Source: a virus (Duplodnaviria > Caudoviricetes). Taken from it: a stretch of 64,000 nt of DNA. Numbering within the stretch: the stretch's first letter is position 1; the number at the start of each line of letters is the position of its first letter. The stretch is taken from IMG/VR virus record IMGVR_UViG_3300038318_000521, positions 830 to 64,829 of that record; one strand, written 5' to 3'. Positions 55,699-64,000 of this stretch are shown here, one piece after another. Position numbers and translations under genes: made by a program. The notes beneath the pieces were generated by a model, which did no database searches, was not told the origin of the DNA, and saw only the letters and a list, made by a program, of their open reading frames with translations.

Positions 55699-56050
55699 TT
55701 TCGGTCACCTCCGGCAACTTAATCACTGTGTAAGGGTACAACGTGTCGTTCTTTAACCCATTAGCTTGTCCCACTTTGAGGCATACCTCATCCCAATCGC
55801 AACCCTTGTAATACTCCACGTAAATGCTCCAAATGGTGTCGCCAGGCATTACTTGATGGGTTGTGGGGCGGGGTGTCTCAACCCCGCTTGCCTCCACAAC
55901 AATCATCGCCTCTAAGTCTACCGTGCAAAGACGATATACTTTAGGGACCGTATATATCGCCATACCAATGAGCACAATGGCGATCACCATGACCTGGATA
56001 ACAAAGAACGCATCTGATAGGGTCTTAGCTAACATCGATTGCCGTTTCAT
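55691..56050 (-). CDS. Membrane-anchored LysM protein (YneA-like)
   Basis: N-terminal TM; HQVMPGDTIWSI...NGL....LYPY.VIKLP; start after RBS GGGGAGG. Confidence 0.7.
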   Translation of the reverse strand: MKRQSMLAKTLSDAFFVIQVMVIAIVLIGMAIYTVPKVYRLCTVDLEAMIVVEASGVETPRPTTHQVMPGDTIWSIYVEYYKGCDWDEVCLKVGQANGLKNDTLYPYTVIKLPEVTENG

Positions 56051-56273
56051 CCTTATCCCAGTCCTCCCCAAATATACTCTGCAAGTACTCGTCATGTGCA
56101 TTAAAAGGTCCCGATTCCATACAATGCTCGCTGCAATATGGATTGTCTCTATTGTCCCAATAAGCATCTTCATCTAGGAGCTCACCACTACACTGAGCGC
56201 ATATCACCCATTTCGATCTTGGGCATGGTGGTTCTAGGTGGATTCTTTCCAACCTGGTTAAAACGTCACTCAT
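56025..56273 (-). CDS. Zn-finger hypothetical protein
   Basis: CAQC...YCSEHC. Confidence 0.55.
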   Translation of the reverse strand: MSDVLTRLERIHLEPPCPRSKWVICAQCSGELLDEDAYWDNRDNPYCSEHCMESGPFNAHDEYLQSIFGEDWDKDETAIDVS

Positions 56274-58078
56274 GGTTGCACCTCCATGGCTTTTAAAAAT
56301 GGACTTGGTTTCATTTGCACCATTTCCCGCTTACCCCAAGGGTTCTGGCGTTCTTCGAAATAAGATAGGTGCAATGTCTCCTTGGCTCTAGTGACCGCCA
56401 CGTAAAACAACCTGCGTTCCTCTTCGATGTCTCCCTTTTTGCTAGGGAATACATTCAGGTTGCACCCCGGGACGTACACATGAGCCCATTCTAGCCCCTT
56501 GGCAGCATGAACCGTAAGAATCTGCACGCCCTCTGGTTTCTCTTGCACAAGGCGCTCCTGAATGTCCTTAGTGCGTAGCCAACGAAGGAACGTGTATGGG
56601 TCGTAGGATTCACCTAAACCCACTTGCCTGCCAACCCAGCGTTCAATTGCCTCTCCTGCTCTCACTAGGTCTGCAATTCGGTTATGCAAACCTTGGGAAT
56701 GGTAACGGTCTTCTAAACCCAGATTTTCAAGAACTTGTTCGAGCAGTATCCGCACGTCGCTATGCCAATCCTCTAAGACCAAAGAACTCAGAATATCCAT
56801 TCGCTCTTCTAATAGCTCTGACAATGAAATCATTTGAACTGTAGAAGCCATCTCTGCTTGTTGGAGCTCCAGGTCAGTCATTCTTCTGTCAGGCCAGTTG
56901 ATGATTTTTCGAAACGCTCTATCGTCTTTGGGATTGCAGATATAAGTCATGTAGTCAAAGATGCGCCTCACGTCCCAAGCATTTAAGGGATCTGCTTTGT
57001 TCGAAACAACATAGGTTTTTATGCCTATTTGTTCCAATGCCCGTTTGTAGTGATCAACTTGATAGTTTGTTCTGCAAAGAATTGCGACGTCTTCCGGTAT
57101 GGTTCCATCAAACTCCACTCGACACTGGATGCCCTGGGCGATTTCTGTCGCTTCGTGACTCTCGCATTGATAGCCAGTAAGCCACGCCTTTGGCCCCTCT
57201 TTATCCGTCCACAACTTCAGTGGGCTTTTGAATAGCGATTGTTCGATTACTTTGTTTGCAAGGTGCAAGATTGGCTTTGTGGAACGATAGTTACGCTCCA
57301 TCTTCACAACTTCGGTGTCTGAATTGCACTCTTCAAAGGTTAGGATGTTATCAATCTTAGCCCCACGCCAGCCATAGATCGCCTGCGCTGGGTCTCCAAC
57401 TACGAACAGATATTGCGGGTTGATAAGATTGACGATCTGTTCCTGTCTGCTATCACTGTCTTGATACTCATCTACGAAAATATGCGTGTATCGATTCTGC
57501 AATTCACTTGCTATGTCTGGATGTTCTATCAATAAGCGAACTGATTCTGCCAAAAGGCCATCAAGATCGAGTGCATTATTTCGGCGTAACCTGTGCTTGT
57601 ATTCCCTGACCACCTGGCCCTCGAAATGGCTTCTTGGTTCATTCCAGGGGTCTAGAGTTGGCTTCACTTTTCCGCTCAGCAGGAGATCTTGAATCACACT
57701 TTCTATCAAAGCATCTCGATCTTCCGTGTCGTAAACGGAGAAGGTTGTTTCAATGCCAATTCGGTTCCCATATGTTCTAAGAACTCGAACGCAGAAGGAG
57801 TGAAATGTCCCTGTCGTTAAGTTTTTTGCCAACGAATCACCAAGAATCTTGCCCACCCGTTCTTTCATTTCAGTAGCAGCTAGTCTGGTGAAGGTAAGGG
57901 CCAGTTGGTTACTGGTCCCTACCCTCTCATTCAGTTGCAGATGAGCAATTCTAGTGGTTAGAACACTCGTTTTACCACTACCTGCCCCAGCCATTACCAA
58001 GACCCGATTCTTGTCGGTAGTGACTGCCTGCCGTTGGGCCTCATTCAATTTGCTGATTAGGTTATCAAGGTCCTTCAT
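56270..58078 (-). CDS. UvrD/PcrA-like SF1 helicase
   Basis: AGAGSGKT, VDEYQD, VGDPAQAIYGWRGA, NYRS, TVHAAKGLEW, EERRLFYVAVTRAK. Confidence 0.93.
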   Translation of the reverse strand: MKDLDNLISKLNEAQRQAVTTDKNRVLVMAGAGSGKTSVLTTRIAHLQLNERVGTSNQLALTFTRLAATEMKERVGKILGDSLAKNLTTGTFHSFCVRVLRTYGNRIGIETTFSVYDTEDRDALIESVIQDLLLSGKVKPTLDPWNEPRSHFEGQVVREYKHRLRRNNALDLDGLLAESVRLLIEHPDIASELQNRYTHIFVDEYQDSDSRQEQIVNLINPQYLFVVGDPAQAIYGWRGAKIDNILTFEECNSDTEVVKMERNYRSTKPILHLANKVIEQSLFKSPLKLWTDKEGPKAWLTGYQCESHEATEIAQGIQCRVEFDGTIPEDVAILCRTNYQVDHYKRALEQIGIKTYVVSNKADPLNAWDVRRIFDYMTYICNPKDDRAFRKIINWPDRRMTDLELQQAEMASTVQMISLSELLEERMDILSSLVLEDWHSDVRILLEQVLENLGLEDRYHSQGLHNRIADLVRAGEAIERWVGRQVGLGESYDPYTFLRWLRTKDIQERLVQEKPEGVQILTVHAAKGLEWAHVYVPGCNLNVFPSKKGDIEEERRLFYVAVTRAKETLHLSYFEERQNPWGKREMVQMKPSPFLKAMEVQP

Positions 58079-60216
58079 GACGCTACCACCTCAACGTCCG
58101 TTCCAAGCACCCTAACGTTCCAGCCTTCTAGCTCTGTGATAGGAAGCACGCCAGCGATTAAAACGTTGTCTAACTGCTCTGCGTGATAAAGCTTTTTAAG
58201 TCCCTCTAAGGTAGCTTTGAAGTTCTCCTCGTCCAAGGACTGAAACTCGTCAATGATCAAGGCCCTAACCTTCGCATCGCCGCCCTGCAATAGAGCTGCC
58301 AGCACTGCCAAGAGTACCATTAGGCGCTCCCCAGTAGATAACGAATCGAATCCCACGAATACCCCACTCTTAACCCAGCCAAAGTCAAAAATTTCTCGGC
58401 CCCTGTCGTTCTCTGTGCGAAACTGGAACGGATGCGGAATGCCCAGGATGTTGAAGTTCCCTTGGATGGTCTCTCGAAGTGGTTCAAGTCCACCTTTAAG
58501 CAACTCGCCCTGCACACCCTTGGGGCCAAGCGCTTCGGCAATAGATGCACAAGCGCTCCACCTGTATTCAGCATCTTTGTTATCAAGCATGGATGCCTGC
58601 ATGTTCATGAGTGTGGCTCTTTGCGTTTCTTGGGCCGAAATCTTTCCAGCCATCTCGGTGATCTGACCCTGTAAGCCCTTGGACTGCAGTTCTAGGACTT
58701 CCAAATCGGGAACTGGAGTAACCGATTCTTTTAGCAGACGTTCCAGCTCTGTCTTTTGAACATTGAGTTGGTCAGCTCTTTGTTTTGCTCTGTTATCAAG
58801 GTCCATTTTTTCCCGTTCGAGATTGTTGATTCTTTTGTTTATGTCAGCGTTATTTGCTTGAGCTTGTTGAGCACTAGTGAGTAGACTTTTCTTGTCGCCG
58901 TTGAGGTTCCTGATCTCATTTTCTATGCACTCAACTTCTTTTGCTTGTTCTTCTTCCTGCTCGGTCAACGTTTGGATAACTCCTTGTATCGACTTCCTTT
59001 GCTCCTTGATGTGGCTTAGGAATGGAGTGAAATCCTTGGGACACGCAACCATTTTTGAAATCACACAAAGCCCTCCAGCTTCGGTAGCCATCTCCGCCGA
59101 TCTAGTGAGTGTATCCAATCTGGTCTCTTCCCTTGCCTTAGACTGCCTGGTCTGGCTTAATGTCTGTTCAGCAAGCTTCCGGCGAGTATTGGCGTCTTCA
59201 ATTTGGCTGTCAAGGTTCGTTGTATCTAGATTTACATCAACAATCAGTTTTCGCAGGTTATCCATTTGCGTATCTAGATGGGCAGTATCAACTGGACCCA
59301 AGTTCTTTTCAAGTTCTGCTATTTTGGCTTCACGTTCGCTAATTCTGGTTTTCCTGTTTTCGAACGTTTTTTTAACCTCTTGCCCACGAGATAGTTCTTT
59401 CTCCACCTCAATTAGCTCACTGCGTAGGGATTCAAGGGCTTCTTTGTTAGCAGCTATGTCACGGTCTGTTGCTTCCATCTGATTCTTTAGGTCTGCCAAC
59501 TGCCGAACAGCCCCAGCAGCATCCTTTTTCTTAGCGTTCCAAACGGACTGTTGTTCTTTGGCCCATTCAAGCATGGCGAGAACGCCTTCTTCAACTGTGA
59601 GGCCATCCACCCATATAGCCAAGGCATCAGTAGTAATCTTCTCTGCGATGGCGTAGGCATCTGGGTTATTAGTCTCTAGCTCCTGAGTTAGCACTGCATT
59701 TGTAATCCAGTTGGCTACATCTTCCTTTGTCCAGTCATCTGTGTCCTCTACAAATTGGTATAAATATTCACGTTTCTTCGCCGGGCTCATGGCTTCGAAC
59801 TCTGCGAAGTCAAGGTGAATAGAGAAGTTACCTAACTCTTGGGCGATCCTGTTTTTGCGTGCTGTTTCAGTCGATTCTCCCTTGCTAGGGGTAACGCTTA
59901 GTGATTCTTTAATAGAGACCTTTGTTTCTCCGGTTGACCGGCTATACGTTTCGTTTCGAGTAAATGTGCGCATGAAGTTAAAGCCATTATCCAAAGTCAA
60001 ACCAACGGACATTTCATCACCTGCAGAAACCTTCATAGTTTCCTCAGCTCTCTTTTGACGACCCGGGATATAACCAAGCATCGCAAGGGACAGACCCTCT
60101 GGTCTAGATGATTTGCCCGCTCCATTGGGACCAACGAACATATCCAAGCCACTCAACTGCTCCACGACGTTCTGGCCCTTATAGCCATTCAAGTGTAGGG
60201 AAGTAATCTTAGCCAT
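58075..60216 (-). CDS. SMC/Rad50(SbcC)-like coiled-coil ATPase
   Basis: Walker A GPNGAGKS, long coiled coil with central C..C (CVISKMVAC), signature LSTGE, Walker B/D-loop LIIDEFQSLD. Confidence 0.85.
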   Translation of the reverse strand: MAKITSLHLNGYKGQNVVEQLSGLDMFVGPNGAGKSSRPEGLSLAMLGYIPGRQKRAEETMKVSAGDEMSVGLTLDNGFNFMRTFTRNETYSRSTGETKVSIKESLSVTPSKGESTETARKNRIAQELGNFSIHLDFAEFEAMSPAKKREYLYQFVEDTDDWTKEDVANWITNAVLTQELETNNPDAYAIAEKITTDALAIWVDGLTVEEGVLAMLEWAKEQQSVWNAKKKDAAGAVRQLADLKNQMEATDRDIAANKEALESLRSELIEVEKELSRGQEVKKTFENRKTRISEREAKIAELEKNLGPVDTAHLDTQMDNLRKLIVDVNLDTTNLDSQIEDANTRRKLAEQTLSQTRQSKAREETRLDTLTRSAEMATEAGGLCVISKMVACPKDFTPFLSHIKEQRKSIQGVIQTLTEQEEEQAKEVECIENEIRNLNGDKKSLLTSAQQAQANNADINKRINNLEREKMDLDNRAKQRADQLNVQKTELERLLKESVTPVPDLEVLELQSKGLQGQITEMAGKISAQETQRATLMNMQASMLDNKDAEYRWSACASIAEALGPKGVQGELLKGGLEPLRETIQGNFNILGIPHPFQFRTENDRGREIFDFGWVKSGVFVGFDSLSTGERLMVLLAVLAALLQGGDAKVRALIIDEFQSLDEENFKATLEGLKKLYHAEQLDNVLIAGVLPITELEGWNVRVLGTDVEVVAS

Positions 60217-61152
60217 CTAGAACAACCCCTCTCTCTGCTCTTCTAGTTCAGAACGAATATCTTCGGGTTCTCCCTCAATTGAAGCTTGAACTTCAATTTC
60301 ATCTACTTGGTCAGAAGCATCTATCGCTTCCACTACCATGCCGTCAATCCTCACTTCTTCTCCCGCATCTGCTGCCAGCGCTATCCGTTCCAGTTCTTTG
60401 GCGTCGTGGTCATGTTGCCAACCTATGACGGCTACTTGGGCAACCTTGCTCCCATCTCCCCCTTGGATTCGCATCATTTGGAGGGCGAGTGCAGGATGAT
60501 GTTTTAATACGTTTCTCTCCGCTACAGTTTGAGCTTTGCGTTCGCCGAACTTCTTAGTTTGCACCCATGTACCGATAGCCTTTAAAACCTCTTCGTGATT
60601 GGTGTTGGCCCAAACCCCGAATTGGCCTTCGATGGGAGTGAACATACCAGTTTTCTTCTCTTCTTCACTCAACTGGTCCCTGAAGCAGAAACGTCCTGCC
60701 GCCTTGTTGTATCGGATTTTTTTCTGCAAATCTTCTAGGAAATAGATGCCGAAATCGTAGAACATGGTGGTACTGGATACGGCGATAGAGCCAATGGGTG
60801 AATATCCTACGGCAATCTTTTTGACCCAAACCCCCTTTTGGGTTCCTGATTCGGGGTCAATGATTGGATAGGGGTTCGCTACATCTATGGTTCCCATACC
60901 ATTTGGGGCAGGAACCTTTATGCTATCTGGCGTCAAAATGGCCAGGCTGGCTATCTGGTTGGCCCGGTAGTAACCCTTGGCGCTAATGGTCAGCTGTCCT
61001 TCGACCTTCACCAACTCCCCCTGGTCCTCTCTTAGGTTGATAATGGCCCTAACAGATCGTATCTGCCCTGTCGGTGTCCTTTTAATCCAAACTTGCGAAT
61101 CGCCTAACTCCGCCAATTGATCTTCGTTTTTCCTAGCAACCTCGTTGCTCAC
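60217..61152 (-). CDS. Putative single-strand annealing recombinase (divergent RecT/Redbeta-like)
   Basis: Position in the recombination module; KAQTVAERNVLKHHP resembles the RecT helix; acidic C-tail ending GLF. Confidence 0.4.
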   Translation of the reverse strand: MSNEVARKNEDQLAELGDSQVWIKRTPTGQIRSVRAIINLREDQGELVKVEGQLTISAKGYYRANQIASLAILTPDSIKVPAPNGMGTIDVANPYPIIDPESGTQKGVWVKKIAVGYSPIGSIAVSSTTMFYDFGIYFLEDLQKKIRYNKAAGRFCFRDQLSEEEKKTGMFTPIEGQFGVWANTNHEEVLKAIGTWVQTKKFGERKAQTVAERNVLKHHPALALQMMRIQGGDGSKVAQVAVIGWQHDHDAKELERIALAADAGEEVRIDGMVVEAIDASDQVDEIEVQASIEGEPEDIRSELEEQREGLF

Positions 61153-61213
61153 TTAAATCCCCCTCTTGAAGTCCAAACCACTTCGTGGTATTATGGACTT
61201 AGTGTTTTTGCTT

Positions 61214-61247
61214 GCCCCTTGCCTGTGCGAAAGGCGGGGGCTTTTTT
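61214..61247 (+). terminator. Plus-strand intrinsic terminator within the minus-strand early operon
   Basis: GCCCCTTGCCT-loop-AGGCGGGGGC followed by TTTTTT. Confidence 0.6.
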
Positions 61248-61826
61248 AATAGTAAGTGCCATTCATCAGGTAGTGAAGAGTTTGCGTTTCAAATTCCACA
61301 ACAATGCACCCTATCTGATGATTGTAGCTAACCGCCACCGGCCAACCCAACTTCTCGGCTTGCTCATCACTCATTTTATTAATAATCCTTTTGTGCGTAT
61401 CCAAAAAGACTTTCTGCTGCTTTAGTGTGAGCGACTCAAACCCAGCAGTTGGTTTTTCCGGCTGTGGTAGTATTATTTGGTCAATGTACATGACGTCACC
61501 GTCCGTAACGTCTATTTCAATCTTCCCTTCAGAAACAATTGTGTGCTCCTCTTTACTCCCTGACACAAAATCAATTGTGCAGTCCGTCAGATTGCGAATC
61601 GTTAGTTTTAACATTTAGTCCACCTCTCGTTTCGTTTGGGTCTTGCTCATTTTTCCGGTCTTACCTCAAGCGGAGTCTTCTCACCCTCCCAAAGGAAAAA
61701 CCCCTGCGTTGCATATCTTGCCATTCGTTTTGCCCTGTGGGCAGGAATGCCCAATGCCACTAAGCTGCGATAAATAGGCCAATAGCCCTTTTGTTCCTTG
61801 CAGATTTTCCTCGCTTCTTCTTTCAC
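61246..61826 (-). other. Two hypothetical ORFs (61246-61614; 61647-61826, found manually)
   Basis: RBS GAGAGGTG; GTGA overlap with the xis stop. Confidence 0.5.
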
Positions 61827-62032
61827 ACTACTTCCTCCTTACTGCCTCCATCAGCTAACCAAGCTTCAATTTGTGATTTAATAAATCTTGTTTTCGAGCC
61901 AACCTTCACATATGGAATCTGACCACTATTCACCATGCTATAAACCATTGATCTAGAAACTTCGAGTATCTGGGCCATATCTGGCACAGTCAATACATCC
62001 TTCTCCACATTCAATTGTACATTCGTCTGCAC
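61823..62032 (-). CDS. Excisionase/Cro-like HTH protein
   Basis: LTVPDMAQILEVSRSMVYSMVNSGQIPYVKVG...RF....IEAWL. Confidence 0.85.
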   Translation of the reverse strand: MQTNVQLNVEKDVLTVPDMAQILEVSRSMVYSMVNSGQIPYVKVGSKTRFIKSQIEAWLADGGSKEEVV

Positions 62033-62243
62033 ACAGCCACCCCCTTTTGTTCATTACGTTGTACAACGTGAGTAAAAAAATATACACATGGGTAGAATCC
62101 GCTCTAGAAAGCATCCCCTTCCTTTCTGTCCGCTTTGTTGTACATTGTCAATTGTATTGTACAGCGCTTCCATTTTTTTGTCAACCCCTTTTTGTGCAAT
62201 TTATTTGTTTTTTGTTGTCTTATGTCCACCAGAGTGTTATAAT
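62015..62243. promoter_or_regulatory. Divergent lysis/lysogeny promoters with TTGTACA operators
   Basis: Minus: TTGACA (62179-84)-17-TACAAT (62156-61). Plus: TTGTCT-17-TATAAT (62238-43) with an extended TGn. TTGTACA at 62015, 62059 (inside perfect palindrome ACGTTGTACAACGT), 62138 and 62157. Confidence 0.75.
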
Positions 62244-62257
62244 GCCTGTGATAGGGG

Positions 62258-62680
62258 GTGATAAACTTGGATAGCGAAAGCATCGCCAAACTTGCCCAAA
62301 TCGTTGACAATTACATGGGTGATCGAGACATGACTGTAAGAGATTTTGCCAAGAAAGCGGGGGTGTCTTCGTCACACGTGCAAAATATTAAGAAGGGCAA
62401 CTTTAAGGACCTTCAAATTAGCACGTTGACCAAAATAGCGGAGGCGATGGGATTTGACTTTGTGGAATTGGTATTGCGGATCGGCTTGGCAGATAAGCCA
62501 CGCGACATTTTTTCTGCAGATGAATTATCTAGGGTTGCGCCGAAGCCATATAAGGAGATACTGGAAAAGCATGGAGACCTCGTTATTCGCATTGCTGAAA
62601 AAGTTGCACTCTCGGACATAAGCCCGAAACAGCTTGAAAAGATAGTAGATGCAATTGCCGAGATCAAATGGGGGAATTAG
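62258..62680 (+). CDS. XRE-family phage repressor
   Basis: MTVRDFAKKAGVSSSHVQNIKKG...ISTLTKIAEAMG; divergent from xis. Confidence 0.9.
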   Translation: MINLDSESIAKLAQIVDNYMGDRDMTVRDFAKKAGVSSSHVQNIKKGNFKDLQISTLTKIAEAMGFDFVELVLRIGLADKPRDIFSADELSRVAPKPYKEILEKHGDLVIRIAEKVALSDISPKQLEKIVDAIAEIKWGN

Positions 62681-62833
62681 TAGGGTGGATGATTCTTTAT
62701 TTTGCCCGATCTCTTGTTTATGGACAAGGAGGTTAGGAGAATTTGAAGGTTGAAAGGCGTACCCTTAACGCATTTGTGCTAGAAGTCTATGACCTCAGAA
62801 ACCAAATTATCTACCTAAACGAAAGGGGCAACC

Positions 62834-64000
62834 ATGAGAGGAACAATTCAATTACGCTCGAAGTTGGACAAAAACAAGGTGGGGACTTACCGAATCGAAA
62901 TATCTACCGGAAAGCAGCCAGATGGAACTTACGGCAGAATTCGGGAGACCTTCAGGGGAACGAAACAACAGGCTGAATTACGCAAAGCAGAACTCCTTAT
63001 CAAACTCAATAAAAACGAATATATCCCCGATAGTAATATGACCTTCGGAGAACTCGCGGAACGATGGATAGAGAATGTGCGAGTTAACTTGGCGCCAAAT
63101 ACCCACAGGTTTTATAAGGACATTCTGGATCCGTATATTCTGCCTGAAATCAAAGATCTTCCTGTTTCAAAGTTGAATTCAGTCGCAATCAGGACGCTAA
63201 TAAACAAGATGAAGAATAGGAAAACAAAGCGGGATACTGATTTATCTAACGCCACCATCGGTCATATCCGATCCACACTATCAGCTTGTTTACAGTACGC
63301 AGTAGATGAACTTGAACTACTTGAGGATAATCCTTGTGCTAGTGTGAGGATCAAAGGCTCCTCTAAAATGCGTAAGATAAAATCGACCGATGTCTATAAT
63401 GAAAACCAAGTACGCGCTTTCCTAGAAGCAGCAAAAGAAGAGTTGTACTTCATGTATTTTTTGATTGCAGTTAGCACAGGTATGAGGCAAAATGAGATTC
63501 TTGCCCTCCCCTGGGATAATGTGGACTTTCGCAAAGGGAAAATAAAGGTTGAGATGGCGATAAAACAAAATACGAAGGATGGGATCATTGTGGGAGATCC
63601 CAAAACGCAAACTGGACATCGCAGTATCGCCATTGACCGAGCTTTAGTCAGGGAACTCAGGAAGCATAAGATGAAGCAAAACGAGCAGAAGTTAAAGATG
63701 GGGCCTGCTTACACAGAGCAAAACCTAGTCATTGCAAATGAACTAGGCAAAGTAGTAAACAGTGGTCAGTTGAGAAAAGTAATGAAACGCATTGCCGAAA
63801 AAGCAAAAGTGCCGTACATCCCTCCAAAGAATCTACGGCACACGCACGCTACGCTATTGCTATATTCGGGTGTTAATCCCAAAGTGGTTCAAGAACGTCT
63901 TGGTCATAGTGATATTATGATCACACTAAACGTCTACTCTGCTATGCTGCCAATTATGCAAGCGGAAGCCGCTGAAAAATTCGGAGAATTACTTCAATGA
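62834..64000 (+). CDS. int: Tyrosine integrase
   Basis: Arm-binding N-terminus; TGMRQNEI, LRHTHAT, LGHS and catalytic Y (NVYS); the stop codon ends at the last base of the window. Confidence 0.95.
   Translation: MRGTIQLRSKLDKNKVGTYRIEISTGKQPDGTYGRIRETFRGTKQQAELRKAELLIKLNKNEYIPDSNMTFGELAERWIENVRVNLAPNTHRFYKDILDPYILPEIKDLPVSKLNSVAIRTLINKMKNRKTKRDTDLSNATIGHIRSTLSACLQYAVDELELLEDNPCASVRIKGSSKMRKIKSTDVYNENQVRAFLEAAKEELYFMYFLIAVSTGMRQNEILALPWDNVDFRKGKIKVEMAIKQNTKDGIIVGDPKTQTGHRSIAIDRALVRELRKHKMKQNEQKLKMGPAYTEQNLVIANELGKVVNSGQLRKVMKRIAEKAKVPYIPPKNLRHTHATLLLYSGVNPKVVQERLGHSDIMITLNVYSAMLPIMQAEAAEKFGELLQ

Larger units (their letters stand above)
1..64000. mobile_element. Temperate siphovirus-like prophage; boundaries not visible, and the 1-4800 cargo may be phage-borne or belong to an adjacent element
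   Basis: Complete ordered set: integrase, repressor, replication, terminase, portal, capsid, tail tube, tape measure, lysis. No sheath or baseplate wedge genes. Firmicutes-type RBSs and SSB. Confidence 0.95.

Noticed and set aside
56270-60216. Gabija or Wadjet defence system
   Set aside because: No Toprim/OLD nuclease domain and no JetA/B/D; the genes lie in the lytic early operon.
1-64000. attL/attR direct repeats
   Set aside because: None identified by eye; the window ends exactly at the int stop, so the att sites probably lie outside it.

Overview
The window is almost entirely one temperate long-tailed (siphovirus-type) prophage of an anaerobic Bacillota host, with most genes on the minus strand. 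From right to left it contains: tyrosine integrase and XRE repressor (+ strand, 62-64 kb); a divergent early operon (Xis-like HTH, putative annealase, SMC/Rad50-like ATPase, UvrD, replication initiator, DnaB, two DNA methyltransferases, SSB, RusA, MazG, ArpU/RinA activator); then late genes (phosphoesterase/HAD/dNTP diphosphohydrolase, a degenerate tRNA-Trp, terminase, portal, head, tail, tape measure, Tal, lysis). The left 4.8 kb is accessory cargo: a VirD4-like ATPase plus replication-relaxation pair, a secreted TPR-like protein and two small RHH-containing operons. No att sites are visible, so the boundaries are uncertain. The most striking element is a four-gene cassette (6805-11516) in the tail-fibre slot between Tal and lysis. 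It encodes a 531-aa protein with 37 HEN motifs (mostly tandem HEN(V/T)(S/A) pentapeptides) and many other aromatic-X-Asp/Asn triads, a radical SAM/SPASM enzyme with its own HGD-repeat tail, a Cys-motif (DUF483-like) protein and a GT-A glycosyltransferase. I infer a RiPP-like post-translational modification system acting on a virion protein. Other notable signals are a probable +1 frameshift at TCC-TTT-CGC in the tail chaperone, a displaced Dit with an inserted degenerate CE4 module, a recurring G-E-M motif in head proteins, and a Gram-negative-style lysis cassette suggesting a diderm host. Family names come from motif recognition only; no database searches were run.
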